A stretch of 64,000 nt of DNA from positions 7,015 through 71,014 of the forward strand of contig JAHJCT010000024.1 in NCBI GenBank assembly GCA_018812715.1, read 5' to 3'. Positions within the stretch are counted from its first letter, which is position 1; each line of letters starts with the position of its first letter. Position numbers and translations under genes: made by a program. Positions 38,392 through 48,208 of the stretch are shown here, piece by piece. The notes under the pieces were generated by a model. It did not search any database. It worked only from the letters and a program-made list of their open reading frames with translations, and had not been told where the DNA came from. This stretch comes from Candidatus Micrarchaeota archaeon. Lineage in GTDB: Archaea; Micrarchaeota; Micrarchaeia; Anstonellales; Bilamarchaeaceae.

Positions 38392-40533
38392 TCAACTAAA
38401 TAAAGCCACTAGGGGGCATGAATCATAGTAATCATTGTTTGCCTTTATTTCAGCTTTATTATTATATATGATAGAAAATTGGGGAGGTTCATTGGTAGGC
38501 GAATATTCTAATAAAAATGATGATTCAGCAGCATCCAAATTTTCAAAGCATGTGGTAGTATTTAGTGTAGTATTTGTTGCTCCGATTTGCGTACATCCGC
38601 TATTTGTGAGTTTGTAAATAGTTAGGCTCTTATTCTGATTTTCAAGTGTAGCAGCAAGACTACTTGCACATGTATTCATCACTACACCATCTGAATAAGA
38701 ACTATTTCTAAGGTCAATCATGATGGCAGTTGAATTTTTAGATTCGAATTCTGCAAGAAATTCTGGCAATGTTGCATCCGTGGATGTTTTTCCAAGGAAA
38801 AGATACATGAAAGCACTGAAACCAAGGAGTAATATTAGGATTGATAAGAATGCAGATGCTAAAACATGGCTTGTTTGTGGGATTGAGAATTGTGTTGTAG
38901 CAACAACGTAAAGGAAAAGAAGTAATGTAATGGAAGAAAGAGAAAGGAATACTAATGCAGAGAAAAGGCCAAGAGTGAAAAGACTATTTTGTGGTATTTC
39001 ACTTGGATCAATAACTTCGGTGGTTGCAGCAAAGTTGGCTATCCCAGTGTTGACATTTCTGGCAAATCCTCTGAAAAGCAGCAATACCCTGTTTGTAGGT
39101 GCATGGCTTTCAACAGATAATAACTGTTGTGCTTCCTCACCTAAATTAATATATTCTATTTCTAGATCTTTTAGTTCTTCAGTAGTGAGACCATCCCTAA
39201 ACTCAGCATCTAGATCTGAGCTTTTATTCTCAAGAATATCCAAAGATTCCATAGAAATTGGATCAAGTTCTTTTGTTTCAAGAAGTACAATGAGAGCATC
39301 AGCACTGTTTTTTGCATCACGAGTTCCATTATATATAGTTATAATTGAAATGGCTGCTTCATTAACATTAGCTATCAAAATCTCATATTCATCAAGATCA
39401 TCAGCAGTGGTTTCAAAATCCTTGTTTGTTATTTCATCAGGAATTGCCATGTGCAAAGTTTTCAATCTGCTTAGTTTTTGAGAGAGACTTATGTTAGAAA
39501 CACGGGTGTCTGCTTCTTCACCAAGAGTGATTACTTCTGTAGCTGTTTCATTGAGTGATTCTAATTTTGAAAGATATTCTTGGGCCTGTTTTTCAGTTTC
39601 CATATAGGCCATACGTTCTGTTGATTCGGTATATATATTTGTAGCTACTTCTTCATAGATATCATATGGTCCCATCTTTTCAATAAGATCGGCACTGTGT
39701 TCATCTATATCATCTAGGACTGAATCATTCAAATCAATATCAGGACAAAGACACCAATGGTCGGAATCACATAGTTTGTTTTCTGTCCAGCCAAAAAGAG
39801 AACCTTCAAGATCAGCTAGATTATTTTCTAATGTTGTAATAGAAGTTTGGGTATATTGTAAAGCACCAAGCATTTTGGATTTGTCATTTTCAGCATCATC
39901 AAACTTCTCATCAATTGTATCTAGGACTTCATCAGTACCATAACTTGCAAATCCGAATTCTTGGATTGGATCAAGTAAAAACTCTGGTGAAGAAACAGGG
40001 GGAACGCCTGAAACAGCTGAAAGGAATTGATACATAAGCATTGCCGCAGATTCACACAGTTCTTCATCATCTTCGTTTCTGCAGTATATATCTTTTGTAC
40101 CTGCTTTCACTCTCCCATCAATAAATAGCACTTCACGGCACACATATTCTTCTTTTCCTACGAATTTTTGACCATCATTTCTGCTTGCATTATATGCATC
40201 TAGTAAATCCCTTAATTCTTGAATTTCGTCCTCAGATGGATAGTATGCATTTAGATAATAATTTGAGATTATAGAGGATATTTCAGCTTGGTTTAGTAGT
40301 GGTGTCCCGTTTTCAAGAAGGAATACTTCATTCCCATCTAATGAAATTATGGAATATTGGTTTCCATTAGATGTGAAATTTGTATAAGATACCGTGACAT
40401 TTTCTTCATAAGAATAGAAAGTGTCTTCTACATTAAAGGCTGAGGACAATGCAACCAGTAGTAGGACAAAGGTTGCTGCTTTTTGGGAGGTCATCACAGT
40501 AATTTCGCTCGATCGCTTTAAATACTTTTTCAT
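38392..40533 (-). CDS. Large surface or membrane protein of 713 aa, hypothetical.
   Basis: N-terminal signal or TM segment, a large acidic ectodomain, two C-terminal TM helices and a Cys-containing tail domain. Confidence 0.5.
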   Translation of the reverse strand: MKKYLKRSSEITVMTSQKAATFVLLLVALSSAFNVEDTFYSYEENVTVSYTNFTSNGNQYSIISLDGNEVFLLENGTPLLNQAEISSIISNYYLNAYYPSEDEIQELRDLLDAYNASRNDGQKFVGKEEYVCREVLFIDGRVKAGTKDIYCRNEDDEELCESAAMLMYQFLSAVSGVPPVSSPEFLLDPIQEFGFASYGTDEVLDTIDEKFDDAENDKSKMLGALQYTQTSITTLENNLADLEGSLFGWTENKLCDSDHWCLCPDIDLNDSVLDDIDEHSADLIEKMGPYDIYEEVATNIYTESTERMAYMETEKQAQEYLSKLESLNETATEVITLGEEADTRVSNISLSQKLSRLKTLHMAIPDEITNKDFETTADDLDEYEILIANVNEAAISIITIYNGTRDAKNSADALIVLLETKELDPISMESLDILENKSSDLDAEFRDGLTTEELKDLEIEYINLGEEAQQLLSVESHAPTNRVLLLFRGFARNVNTGIANFAATTEVIDPSEIPQNSLFTLGLFSALVFLSLSSITLLLFLYVVATTQFSIPQTSHVLASAFLSILILLLGFSAFMYLFLGKTSTDATLPEFLAEFESKNSTAIMIDLRNSSYSDGVVMNTCASSLAATLENQNKSLTIYKLTNSGCTQIGATNTTLNTTTCFENLDAAESSFLLEYSPTNEPPQFSIIYNNKAEIKANNDYYDSCPLVALFS

Positions 40534-41516
40534 GACTCGCGATTAACGACATAATCAGCAACTGCAATTAAGGTATCTTTGTCTTTGGAAGGCGACAATA
40601 TTTCTAGGTAAGATTTGGCTTCCTCCACAAGGGTACACGCATGGTGATGCGCATATTCTATAGAACCATGCTTTCCCAGCAATTGAATTGCAAGGTCTAT
40701 GTCTGCTTTTTTTGTTGAGTGGGATGAAAGAATAGAAATGAGTTTGTTCTTATCAGTATTATTTGCTTTACTCAGAAAATGAACAACAATCAATGTTCTT
40801 TTTCCTTCAGAGATGTCTCCTCCTATTTCTTTCTTATATTTTTCAAAATCTCCAGTAAGATTAAGGACATCATCTTGGATTTGGAATGCTGTGCCAATTC
40901 TTTTTCCGTATTCACGTAATGCAATTCTCTCAGGCTCACCAGCACCACCGATGAATGCACCCATTTCACATGCAAGGCCAATTAGGGCAGAGGTTTTGCC
41001 ATTAATCATCTCATAATACTCTTTTTCAGTTATGTGAAATTTACTCTCTTTTGCCCACGAAAGTTCTACGCCCTGGCCATCAACAACACACTTGAAAGAA
41101 TCAGCGCATAATTTCTGTAATTCTACAAGTTCTGAAGACTCTAAATGGAGATTTATGAGTTTTTTCCAAAGAAAAGTGTAAAGTGCATCGCCAGAATTAA
41201 GGGCTATTGGTAATCCATGAGTGATGTGCAAAGCTGGTTCCCCTCTTCTGAATTGAGAATTGTCTTCAATATCATCATGAATAAGAGTAAAATTGTGGAA
41301 CAATTCCAGAACAACTGCGGGTTCTATAACACTGGTGTAATGGCCGCCTACAGCACCACATGATAACAATGCTAATGCTGGCCGTATTCTTTTTCCACCG
41401 CGCTTCAGAAAAGCAGGCAACATACCATAGATGCGTTCATCTTCTCGGCGGAGTTCTAATTGCATAATACTTTCAATATCATTAAGATATGGTTTAATGT
41501 GAGAATATAATGCCAT
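40530..41516 (-). CDS. idsA: Polyprenyl (geranylgeranyl) diphosphate synthase.
   Basis: FARM motif LIHDDIEDNS and SARM motif FQIQDDVLN. Confidence 0.85.
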   Translation of the reverse strand: MALYSHIKPYLNDIESIMQLELRREDERIYGMLPAFLKRGGKRIRPALALLSCGAVGGHYTSVIEPAVVLELFHNFTLIHDDIEDNSQFRRGEPALHITHGLPIALNSGDALYTFLWKKLINLHLESSELVELQKLCADSFKCVVDGQGVELSWAKESKFHITEKEYYEMINGKTSALIGLACEMGAFIGGAGEPERIALREYGKRIGTAFQIQDDVLNLTGDFEKYKKEIGGDISEGKRTLIVVHFLSKANNTDKNKLISILSSHSTKKADIDLAIQLLGKHGSIEYAHHHACTLVEEAKSYLEILSPSKDKDTLIAVADYVVNRES

Positions 41517-41548
41517 TGTTTAACCTCTTTCTATAAAGTATTTAAAAA

Positions 41549-41848
41549 TCAGATCCTTTTAGAGTAGCCGCATTCGCAATTTATCCGTAAATAGTGATTT
41601 CTCTTATCATAAGTGACTTTGATAGTCTTATTTGGAATCCAAATAAGGAAACATTTCCTACAAAAACTATTTTTCAATTCTTTTGGTAGTTTAATCTTGT
41701 GTTTTTTAAGAAGATCAAATGCCATTTTAACATATCTTTTTGATCTGGCGGGTTGTTTCTTTTTGTAAGCGTCTCTAGCGTGATCCACGAGTTTTTTGAT
41801 TGAATCGCGTACACTTGTTTTAATAAGTTTTTTCCGCCTATTGTCCAT
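41549..41848 (-). CDS. rnp4: RNase P protein component 4 (Rpp21/Rpr2).
   Basis: Zinc-ribbon FCRKC...INCECG preceded by KRYVKMAFDLLKKHKIKLPKELK. The start is trimmed to MDNRRKK. Confidence 0.7.
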   Translation of the reverse strand: MDNRRKKLIKTSVRDSIKKLVDHARDAYKKKQPARSKRYVKMAFDLLKKHKIKLPKELKNSFCRKCFLIWIPNKTIKVTYDKRNHYLRINCECGYSKRI

Positions 41849-41860
41849 GCAGTTGGTACG

Positions 41861-42694
41861 ATGGAAAACTTTATATACGATTACTTTATAGCCCCAATTT
41901 GGCAGAAAACAGGGTATAATGCGGTTAATACACTGACGTATGCGGTCATTGCTATCGCAGCCATATATCTCATTCATAGATTACTCAAAGGAAGAGTGCA
42001 AATTAACAGAGGGTTTGTACAAAGTGTGCTCGCATTTGTGTTACTTGGTTCAACAATGCGGGTAGTAACAGATTCTATAGATACTGGGGTGTTTAAACCG
42101 ATAACTCCAATTCATGAATTTGTATTAAACAGTCATTTGTTTGATTATGGATATTTGACTGTAAGCCCAGGGATATACATAGTAACTGCAGCTCTTCTTT
42201 TCATTTCTATGGCAATTTTGTATAAAATAAAAAAAATGGAATTGCTTGGATACATTGGATTAGCTTTATGGCTTCCATATTTCTTGCTTTTAGTGCCTTT
42301 CATGGAATACGCCATATTTGCCATACCAATACTAGTACTTGCTGCCGTGCCCACTTATTTTGCCGTCGTATATTTCAAGCATAAAGTGATAGCTGCCATT
42401 GTTGCTGGGCAGGCACTTGATGGAGCTGCAACATTCTTTGTCATAGATTATTTTTCCAAGATCTCGGGTATAAAATATTTTGAACAGCATGTATTTTCTT
42501 CCTTTATTGGAGATGTTCTTGATACCTACTTTACTTTCTATTTACTTAAGGCCGTGATAGCTTTTGCTGCTGCGTATGTACTTGTAAAGGAAAAAATGGA
42601 TCAAGAGGATAAGTATTACGTTGCTTTAGTATTGATGATAATGGGTTTTGCACCTGGTATTAGAGATATTTTGAGAATGGTGATTGGTGGATGA
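41861..42694 (+). CDS. Polytopic membrane protein, hypothetical.
   Basis: Seven to eight hydrophobic helices. Confidence 0.45.
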   Translation: MENFIYDYFIAPIWQKTGYNAVNTLTYAVIAIAAIYLIHRLLKGRVQINRGFVQSVLAFVLLGSTMRVVTDSIDTGVFKPITPIHEFVLNSHLFDYGYLTVSPGIYIVTAALLFISMAILYKIKKMELLGYIGLALWLPYFLLLVPFMEYAIFAIPILVLAAVPTYFAVVYFKHKVIAAIVAGQALDGAATFFVIDYFSKISGIKYFEQHVFSSFIGDVLDTYFTFYLLKAVIAFAAAYVLVKEKMDQEDKYYVALVLMIMGFAPGIRDILRMVIGG

Positions 42695-43152
42695 AAAAAT
42701 ACATGAAAAACGCAATTGAGATTGCAAAAAAAGGAGTTAGAAAAGGAAACTCACCATTTGGGGCATGCATTGTAAAAGGAAAAACAGTGATTGCAGTAGC
42801 GCATAATACTGTTTTGAAAAGAAAAGATGCAACAGATCATGCAGAGATTAATGCTATTCATAAAGCATGCAAAAAACTCAGAAATCACGAACTTAGAGGA
42901 TGTACCATATATTCTACTACTGAGCCCTGCCCCATGTGTTTTTCTGCGATCCACTGGGCAAAAATTGATAAGATAGTTTTTGGGACTAAAATTGCAGATG
43001 TGAAAAAATTAGGTTTTTCTGAACTTACTATAAGTGCTGGGAAAATGAAGAAACTTGGCCGCTCAAAAGTAAAGGTAAGGGGCGATTATATGAGGAAAAA
43101 AAATCTTGAGCTTCTTAAAATGTGGGAAAAAAAGAAAGGAAAAACTTATTGA
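42691..43152 (+). CDS. Cytidine/deoxycytidylate-deaminase-fold zinc deaminase (TadA/guanine-deaminase-like).
   Basis: HAE motif in DHAEINAIH. PCxxC motif TEPCPMCFSAIHWA. Confidence 0.75.
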   Translation: MKKYMKNAIEIAKKGVRKGNSPFGACIVKGKTVIAVAHNTVLKRKDATDHAEINAIHKACKKLRNHELRGCTIYSTTEPCPMCFSAIHWAKIDKIVFGTKIADVKKLGFSELTISAGKMKKLGRSKVKVRGDYMRKKNLELLKMWEKKKGKTY

Positions 43153-43577
43153 ATTAGTTTTGCAAAGGCTGCTCCGCCTAGTACATATATTACAAGGTTT
43201 TCAAGTGTCCATGCAATAAGCAATCCCAATGGGAATGAAAGAAGTAAGACTGATGTTAGCGTATATGGGAGTGCTATCAAAAGGAAAAGCAACAACCCAA
43301 AGTTAACTCCTTTCATATATTCTTTGCCTGGAATGGCCTTCTTAAGCATGAAATAACCTCCAGCATAAGTCACTCCTATTGCAAAATTAACTATCAATGA
43401 TGCAACAAAAAATTCCATTCCAGGAGGGCCGTTGCTAGGCATCATAAGCTCACTCCAGTAACAGAAATATGCTGGATTAGTATAATAATCCATAGTTAGC
43501 ATAGAACCGATAGTATGCACAATAAATGCCACTATCATGAAAACCAAGCCCGAGAAAATTAATTGTTTCCAGTTCAT
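43146..43577 (-). CDS. Small membrane protein, hypothetical.
   Basis: Four hydrophobic segments. Confidence 0.4.
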   Translation of the reverse strand: MNWKQLIFSGLVFMIVAFIVHTIGSMLTMDYYTNPAYFCYWSELMMPSNGPPGMEFFVASLIVNFAIGVTYAGGYFMLKKAIPGKEYMKGVNFGLLLFLLIALPYTLTSVLLLSFPLGLLIAWTLENLVIYVLGGAAFAKLIQ

Positions 43578-43606
43578 GGCATGCTCTAGAAGATGAGATT
43601 TAAAAA

Positions 43607-45367
43607 TTATAGTTTTGTGGCTACGGCAAATAACAGTAGTAATGCACCCATCAGGATTAGTGGGAGGGTTATTTTTGCAACTGAAACAATGGAATTTACA
43701 GTTGAAACAATCTCTATTGATTGTTTGGCACCAAGAACATTGATATCAAACCATTGTTTATCGGAGAAAAAGGTTGCTTCCTGCATATCAGATGAAGCCT
43801 CTTTGCATCCATCAGTTATGGCAGTCAGTAAAGTCTCTTCTTCTTTAATTGGATTAAGAACACCCCGAATAATATTTGTTTGATGGGTATCTGTCGTGAA
43901 AATTCCTACTGCAAAATCACGGTTTACAGATTCACCAAGTTTCTTTACTTCTTTTTCTATCTTATTTCTGAACTCAGGAGTTATTCCATTCGAATCAATC
44001 AGAACTAAAACATATTCTGGTACTGATGAGAATATGGCAACTTTTACTCCTGCTTTTCCAAGAACATCAGAATCTACTTGGCGTGTTGCTACGCCTAATT
44101 TTAGCGATTTCGATTGGCGTTTTTTTGAAACTGCTTTGCTCAAGGCTTGCATGTAATTAAAGCCAACTTCACTACCTGGCTCAAAGCTAGTGACATCACC
44201 AGTTTCTGCATTGTGTTGATCTATAATCATTGCAGTCTCAAGTCCTTTTTCTGCTTCATGCATCATAGCAAGACCAAGGCCAAAGTTGATATCTTCAGTG
44301 ACCTTCGGCGCCCTACTAAGACCAATCATTGCAGAATTACCAAACATAAGCGCCTCGGCTTTACACTCTTCTGAGTTTGCTAAAGAAAGGGCAACTTTAA
44401 CTTTTTGATATTTGGCATTTTGTATGGATGAATCCACAGTGCCCAGTATTTTGTTTATTTCTGATGAGGAAACCGGATTAAAATCATGAGTGACTGTTCC
44501 ATGAAATACAAATGTTTTGGAATTATATTTGTTATCAATTTTTTTTGCTAAGAGATAGGAAAACTCGCTTCCGCCAAGATTGCCAAAAGGACCAAAATGA
44601 ACATACGGAGTTAGGAAGAAGATTGTGTCTTTTTTTCTTTTGAACCCCATTAGACACATTATTGTTTTTACCGGCTCGCCAACTTTTTCAAATGCCTTTT
44701 CTAAATCTTTATTATGATAGAACCATTGACTAAAGAAAAAAGACATGGCATCCGTACTACTAAGTCCAAAGCTTTTTTTCATTGGAGCATTTATGATGAA
44801 GAAGAAGATTGCCAGTGCACCTAATAAGACGAATGAAGAGAGATAAAATTTTGCTGCAACATCAATGAATGATTCAGAAGTGACATAGAAACTTGGATTG
44901 CTTAAAAGGAATATTAGATAGAAAAGAAGCTGAATAATTGCGAATACTATCGAGCGATATTTGAGAATGAAAATGAAACGTGCAATGAGATACCATATAA
45001 TGAATACTAGAGCTGAACCAACAAGAATAACAAGCTGGGCCCATACTGGGTTAACATCAGTAAGGACAAGGCCAATGCTATAAGCAAGGCAATACACTGC
45101 TTCGCCACCTAAGGCTGTACCTATTATACGCTTGAATGATAACTTTCTCATCAAAAGTTTCACAACTAGTGAGGCTAAAAGTGCGGGAATGGTAAGGAGA
45201 AGTAAACCATCAGCTATTGCATTAGGAAATTCAGCACTGTTACCTGGATTTATAATCAAACCAAAAAGTACGCCAAGTAGTATCATGGCTCCAAGCATAT
45301 GAGAGGTGGGAGGAAGACTGACAAAGTAGGAGGTAAGGTTTACCGCCCGATTTAGATTTTTGGTCAT
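43607..45367 (-). CDS. Large polytopic membrane protein of 586 aa, hypothetical.
   Basis: N-terminal membrane domain of about 10 TM helices plus a C-terminal soluble domain. Confidence 0.45.
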   Translation of the reverse strand: MTKNLNRAVNLTSYFVSLPPTSHMLGAMILLGVLFGLIINPGNSAEFPNAIADGLLLLTIPALLASLVVKLLMRKLSFKRIIGTALGGEAVYCLAYSIGLVLTDVNPVWAQLVILVGSALVFIIWYLIARFIFILKYRSIVFAIIQLLFYLIFLLSNPSFYVTSESFIDVAAKFYLSSFVLLGALAIFFFIINAPMKKSFGLSSTDAMSFFFSQWFYHNKDLEKAFEKVGEPVKTIMCLMGFKRKKDTIFFLTPYVHFGPFGNLGGSEFSYLLAKKIDNKYNSKTFVFHGTVTHDFNPVSSSEINKILGTVDSSIQNAKYQKVKVALSLANSEECKAEALMFGNSAMIGLSRAPKVTEDINFGLGLAMMHEAEKGLETAMIIDQHNAETGDVTSFEPGSEVGFNYMQALSKAVSKKRQSKSLKLGVATRQVDSDVLGKAGVKVAIFSSVPEYVLVLIDSNGITPEFRNKIEKEVKKLGESVNRDFAVGIFTTDTHQTNIIRGVLNPIKEEETLLTAITDGCKEASSDMQEATFFSDKQWFDINVLGAKQSIEIVSTVNSIVSVAKITLPLILMGALLLLFAVATKL

Positions 45368-45400
45368 CGCTTTTTATACATTCTCAACAGTTTAAAAGAT

Positions 45401-46018
45401 ATGTCAGGTCTGATTTGCCCCAAATGCGGCAAAAAAAGTGAGGAAATCGAATTCATAGAAGCATTTTGCATAGAATGTTATCCAGTGAATATCAAATTGC
45501 CAGGTAAATTAGAGATAGAACAGTGTAGGAGATGTGAGAAAATAAAAATGAGAGGAGAATGGACACCATATAATAAGAGAAAAATAAGTGAGTATGTTGT
45601 GAGTAAGTGCAAAGGAGAGTTTGACGCTGCAGAATATGAACCTGAGAATGGTGTGATTAGATTTATTATTGAAGGGAAAAAGGAGATAAAAAGAAGAGTA
45701 GATTTAGAGATAAAAACAGTTTTGTGTACTTATTGTTCACGTGTAAGTGGCGGATATTATAAAGGAATAATTCAGTTAAGAGGAAATAGTAAAAAAATAG
45801 AAAAATATGCAGATTTTTTTCTGGAAAAATTAAGTAAGAAAACATTCATTACCAAAGCAGAGGAAAAACACGGTGGTGTTGATCTCTATGTAGGCGATTC
45901 ACGGGCGGTTGTAGAACTTGTGACAGCACTAAAACTAAAGACTTTGATGACAAAAAAACTCGTAGGCGAAGAGGCAGGAAAAAGAGTTTATAGAACGACA
46001 TTTCTCATCAGATTTTAA
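45401..46018 (+). CDS. NMD3-family zinc-ribbon protein (archaeal Nmd3-like).
   Basis: N-terminal CPKCG...C.EC and a second CxxC (CRRC) cluster. Confidence 0.5.
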   Translation: MSGLICPKCGKKSEEIEFIEAFCIECYPVNIKLPGKLEIEQCRRCEKIKMRGEWTPYNKRKISEYVVSKCKGEFDAAEYEPENGVIRFIIEGKKEIKRRVDLEIKTVLCTYCSRVSGGYYKGIIQLRGNSKKIEKYADFFLEKLSKKTFITKAEEKHGGVDLYVGDSRAVVELVTALKLKTLMTKKLVGEEAGKRVYRTTFLIRF

Positions 46019-46985
46019 ATTTTTCTGGAACTTTTAATGCTTCAGGAATTGCTACGACATGGAGTACGGTACTTTTGAATCTCACCAGTAGAGCAAACAA
46101 AGCAGCTTTGGCTGGAAGGATGCCAAATAAAGAAAATACTAATGTTGCACCACCTTCGCTTAATCCTAATCCTGCAATTGTCGGCGATGGGACAAATTCA
46201 AGCATGGTAATCAAAGGCTGAAGAAAGAAATAGAAGAAAACTTCGGGGAATTGAAGATTAAGAGAAATGCCAACACTCTTGGCAGCAAAATACCAGGAAA
46301 GAGCACGAAATGTCCAGCTTATTAGTATGAGAACAATGATGTGAGGCGTTTTTTTCACCACTACATTAGAATCTTTTTGCATTCTCACTACAACATAATA
46401 GAATTGGGCGAGTATAGGTAGTTTCCCCACAAATGAAAATAGATTAAGAAATCTTTTTGAGAATAAAGTAAGTAACATTAAGATTATGACAAAACTAATG
46501 ATTATTGCGCCTGCGATAAGTACAACACCTTGATCAGGGCCAATGAAAACCATCATAATATACAAAATTGCTAATCCGCCTACAATTACTTTGAAGGCAA
46601 AATCAAAAATCTGAGGACCAAAGATAGAGAGTAAAGCTTTTGCAGAATCTACATTGTAATTATATCTCAAAGCTGCTCCAGTTGCAAAATAACCTGCACG
46701 TGATGGAGTAAAATCAGCCAACAACATACCAACAAAATGAGATTTTAAAATATCAAGAAAACGTACTCTTGCTTTAGCTTCCTCAAGAAGTATTTTGATC
46801 CTGTAAGACATTACAAGATCCATGATAAACAACGCACAAAGACTCAATAAGAGATAAATGAGATCTATTTTCCCTAATTCATCAGCAACATCTTCAATGC
46901 CAACAAAATGAAGAATGATGGCAACAAGAATAATTGAAATTACAGCATTGATAACGAGAAGTGCTTGTTTGCGCATATTGATCAA
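46008..46985 (-). CDS. Flippase-like (UPF0104/TIGR00374) membrane protein.
   Basis: About 8 TM segments. C-terminal LEFVPSPTIAGLGLSEGGATLVFSLFGI typical of this family. Confidence 0.5.
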   Translation of the reverse strand: MINMRKQALLVINAVISIILVAIILHFVGIEDVADELGKIDLIYLLLSLCALFIMDLVMSYRIKILLEEAKARVRFLDILKSHFVGMLLADFTPSRAGYFATGAALRYNYNVDSAKALLSIFGPQIFDFAFKVIVGGLAILYIMMVFIGPDQGVVLIAGAIIISFVIILMLLTLFSKRFLNLFSFVGKLPILAQFYYVVVRMQKDSNVVVKKTPHIIVLILISWTFRALSWYFAAKSVGISLNLQFPEVFFYFFLQPLITMLEFVPSPTIAGLGLSEGGATLVFSLFGILPAKAALFALLVRFKSTVLHVVAIPEALKVPEKFKI

Positions 46986-47042
46986 TTTCTATATTTTTAC
47001 CAGTAAGCTTTTTGTATATGATGTCATTGAATGCACATCCTA

Positions 47043-48092
47043 TTACTTTAGTCTAAATACTTTTGGCCTAAGAATGCCATCAGCCTCAAACTTCTCAGAT
47101 TCTATGATCCCTTTCTTTTCAAGAAGATCTAAATAATTTCTTATTTGTCTTTTTGTCTTTGGAATTTTTTTGATAAATGCATCGTATATGTCAGATGATT
47201 GAAGTTTTCCATTTTTCAAGAGTTCAAGAATCAGCAATTCTTCAGCACTAAGATTGAATTCATCTTTGTAAGATGGCTGTTCAGAAAGTATGTCTTCCAA
47301 ATCCTGAAGCATTATCTTGGCTCTCCCTGCTTTTTCTGCATGTTTGGCTGATTTCCACAAAAGACTTATGGCAATGCGAGCAGAACCATCTTCAGCAGAT
47401 CGTGCAATTTTTGCAAGCAAACGCTCATCAAAACTTGTTTTTGTAAGGGCTTTTTCTGCACGTAATTTGAGTATAGAAATTAATTCTTCTTCTGAATAAT
47501 GCTTGAACTCCATCTCAGAAAATCTTAATGAACTTCTTATTCTAGTATCCAGTTTTGAAAGAAGTTCCTTGTTATTTGAGATGCCGATTATCCCAAACAT
47601 CAGCATTTTTTCGTTTGCACGTGCAACAACGTAGAGGAGTTCCATATGGCGCAAACCATCAAGTTCATCCAAAACAAGGAGAATGGGTTTTTTGTAATTC
47701 TTTGCATATTCACAAATTTTGCTAAAAATTTCATCTGTTGCAAGTCCTCTTCTTGGCAATGGTAAACGCATCTCTTCGATTATTCTATTATAAATTGCCA
47801 TTTGAGTCTGGTTTTCCCAGCAGTTTACATAGACTGGAAGTATTGCAGTAGAATAAGAAGAGAGTTGTTTGAGAATATGTTTTATACAACATGTTTTTCC
47901 GCTGCCTGATGGTCCATGAATAAATAAATTATCTGGGGTTCTTTTTTTGATAATTGGTTTGATAGAATCTGCTATGCTTTGGAGTTCTTTATTTCGATGA
48001 ATAAGATCGTCAGGTAAATAATCAGGTAAAAGGATTTCTTCTGAGATTATTATTGAAGAATAAGTATCATTGTCGTCGAAATAATTGGACAT
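47043..48092 (-). CDS. orc1: Orc1/Cdc6 replication initiator (AAA+ plus winged helix).
   Basis: Walker A HGPSGSGKTC. Walker B LVLDELD. C-terminal wH KRQIRNYLDLLEKKG. The start is trimmed to MSNYFDD at 48092. Confidence 0.9.
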   Translation of the reverse strand: MSNYFDDNDTYSSIIISEEILLPDYLPDDLIHRNKELQSIADSIKPIIKKRTPDNLFIHGPSGSGKTCCIKHILKQLSSYSTAILPVYVNCWENQTQMAIYNRIIEEMRLPLPRRGLATDEIFSKICEYAKNYKKPILLVLDELDGLRHMELLYVVARANEKMLMFGIIGISNNKELLSKLDTRIRSSLRFSEMEFKHYSEEELISILKLRAEKALTKTSFDERLLAKIARSAEDGSARIAISLLWKSAKHAEKAGRAKIMLQDLEDILSEQPSYKDEFNLSAEELLILELLKNGKLQSSDIYDAFIKKIPKTKRQIRNYLDLLEKKGIIESEKFEADGILRPKVFRLK

Positions 48093-48137
48093 GTGATAGT
48101 ATAGCAGGAAAGATTTAAATGTGCGCGGAAATAGCTT

Positions 48138-48151
48138 ATTTCCTAGGAAAT
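48138..48151. promoter_or_regulatory. Perfect 14-bp palindrome ATTTCCTAGGAAAT, 46-59 nt upstream of the orc1 start. Candidate Orc1-binding (ORB-like) or autoregulatory site.
   Basis: TTCC-N2-GGAA dyad, resembling the dyad core of archaeal ORB elements. Confidence 0.3.
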
Positions 48152-48208
48152 CAAATTGGGAATTTTTGAGAAAGAAGAAATAAAATGCTTGTTGTTCTAG
48201 ACTAATCG

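Noticed and set aside
38435-39481. Plus-strand ORFs, including a 183-aa ORF at 38930-39481.
   Set aside because: They are antisense to the 713-aa surface-protein gene. They are Ser/Ala-rich and low-complexity.
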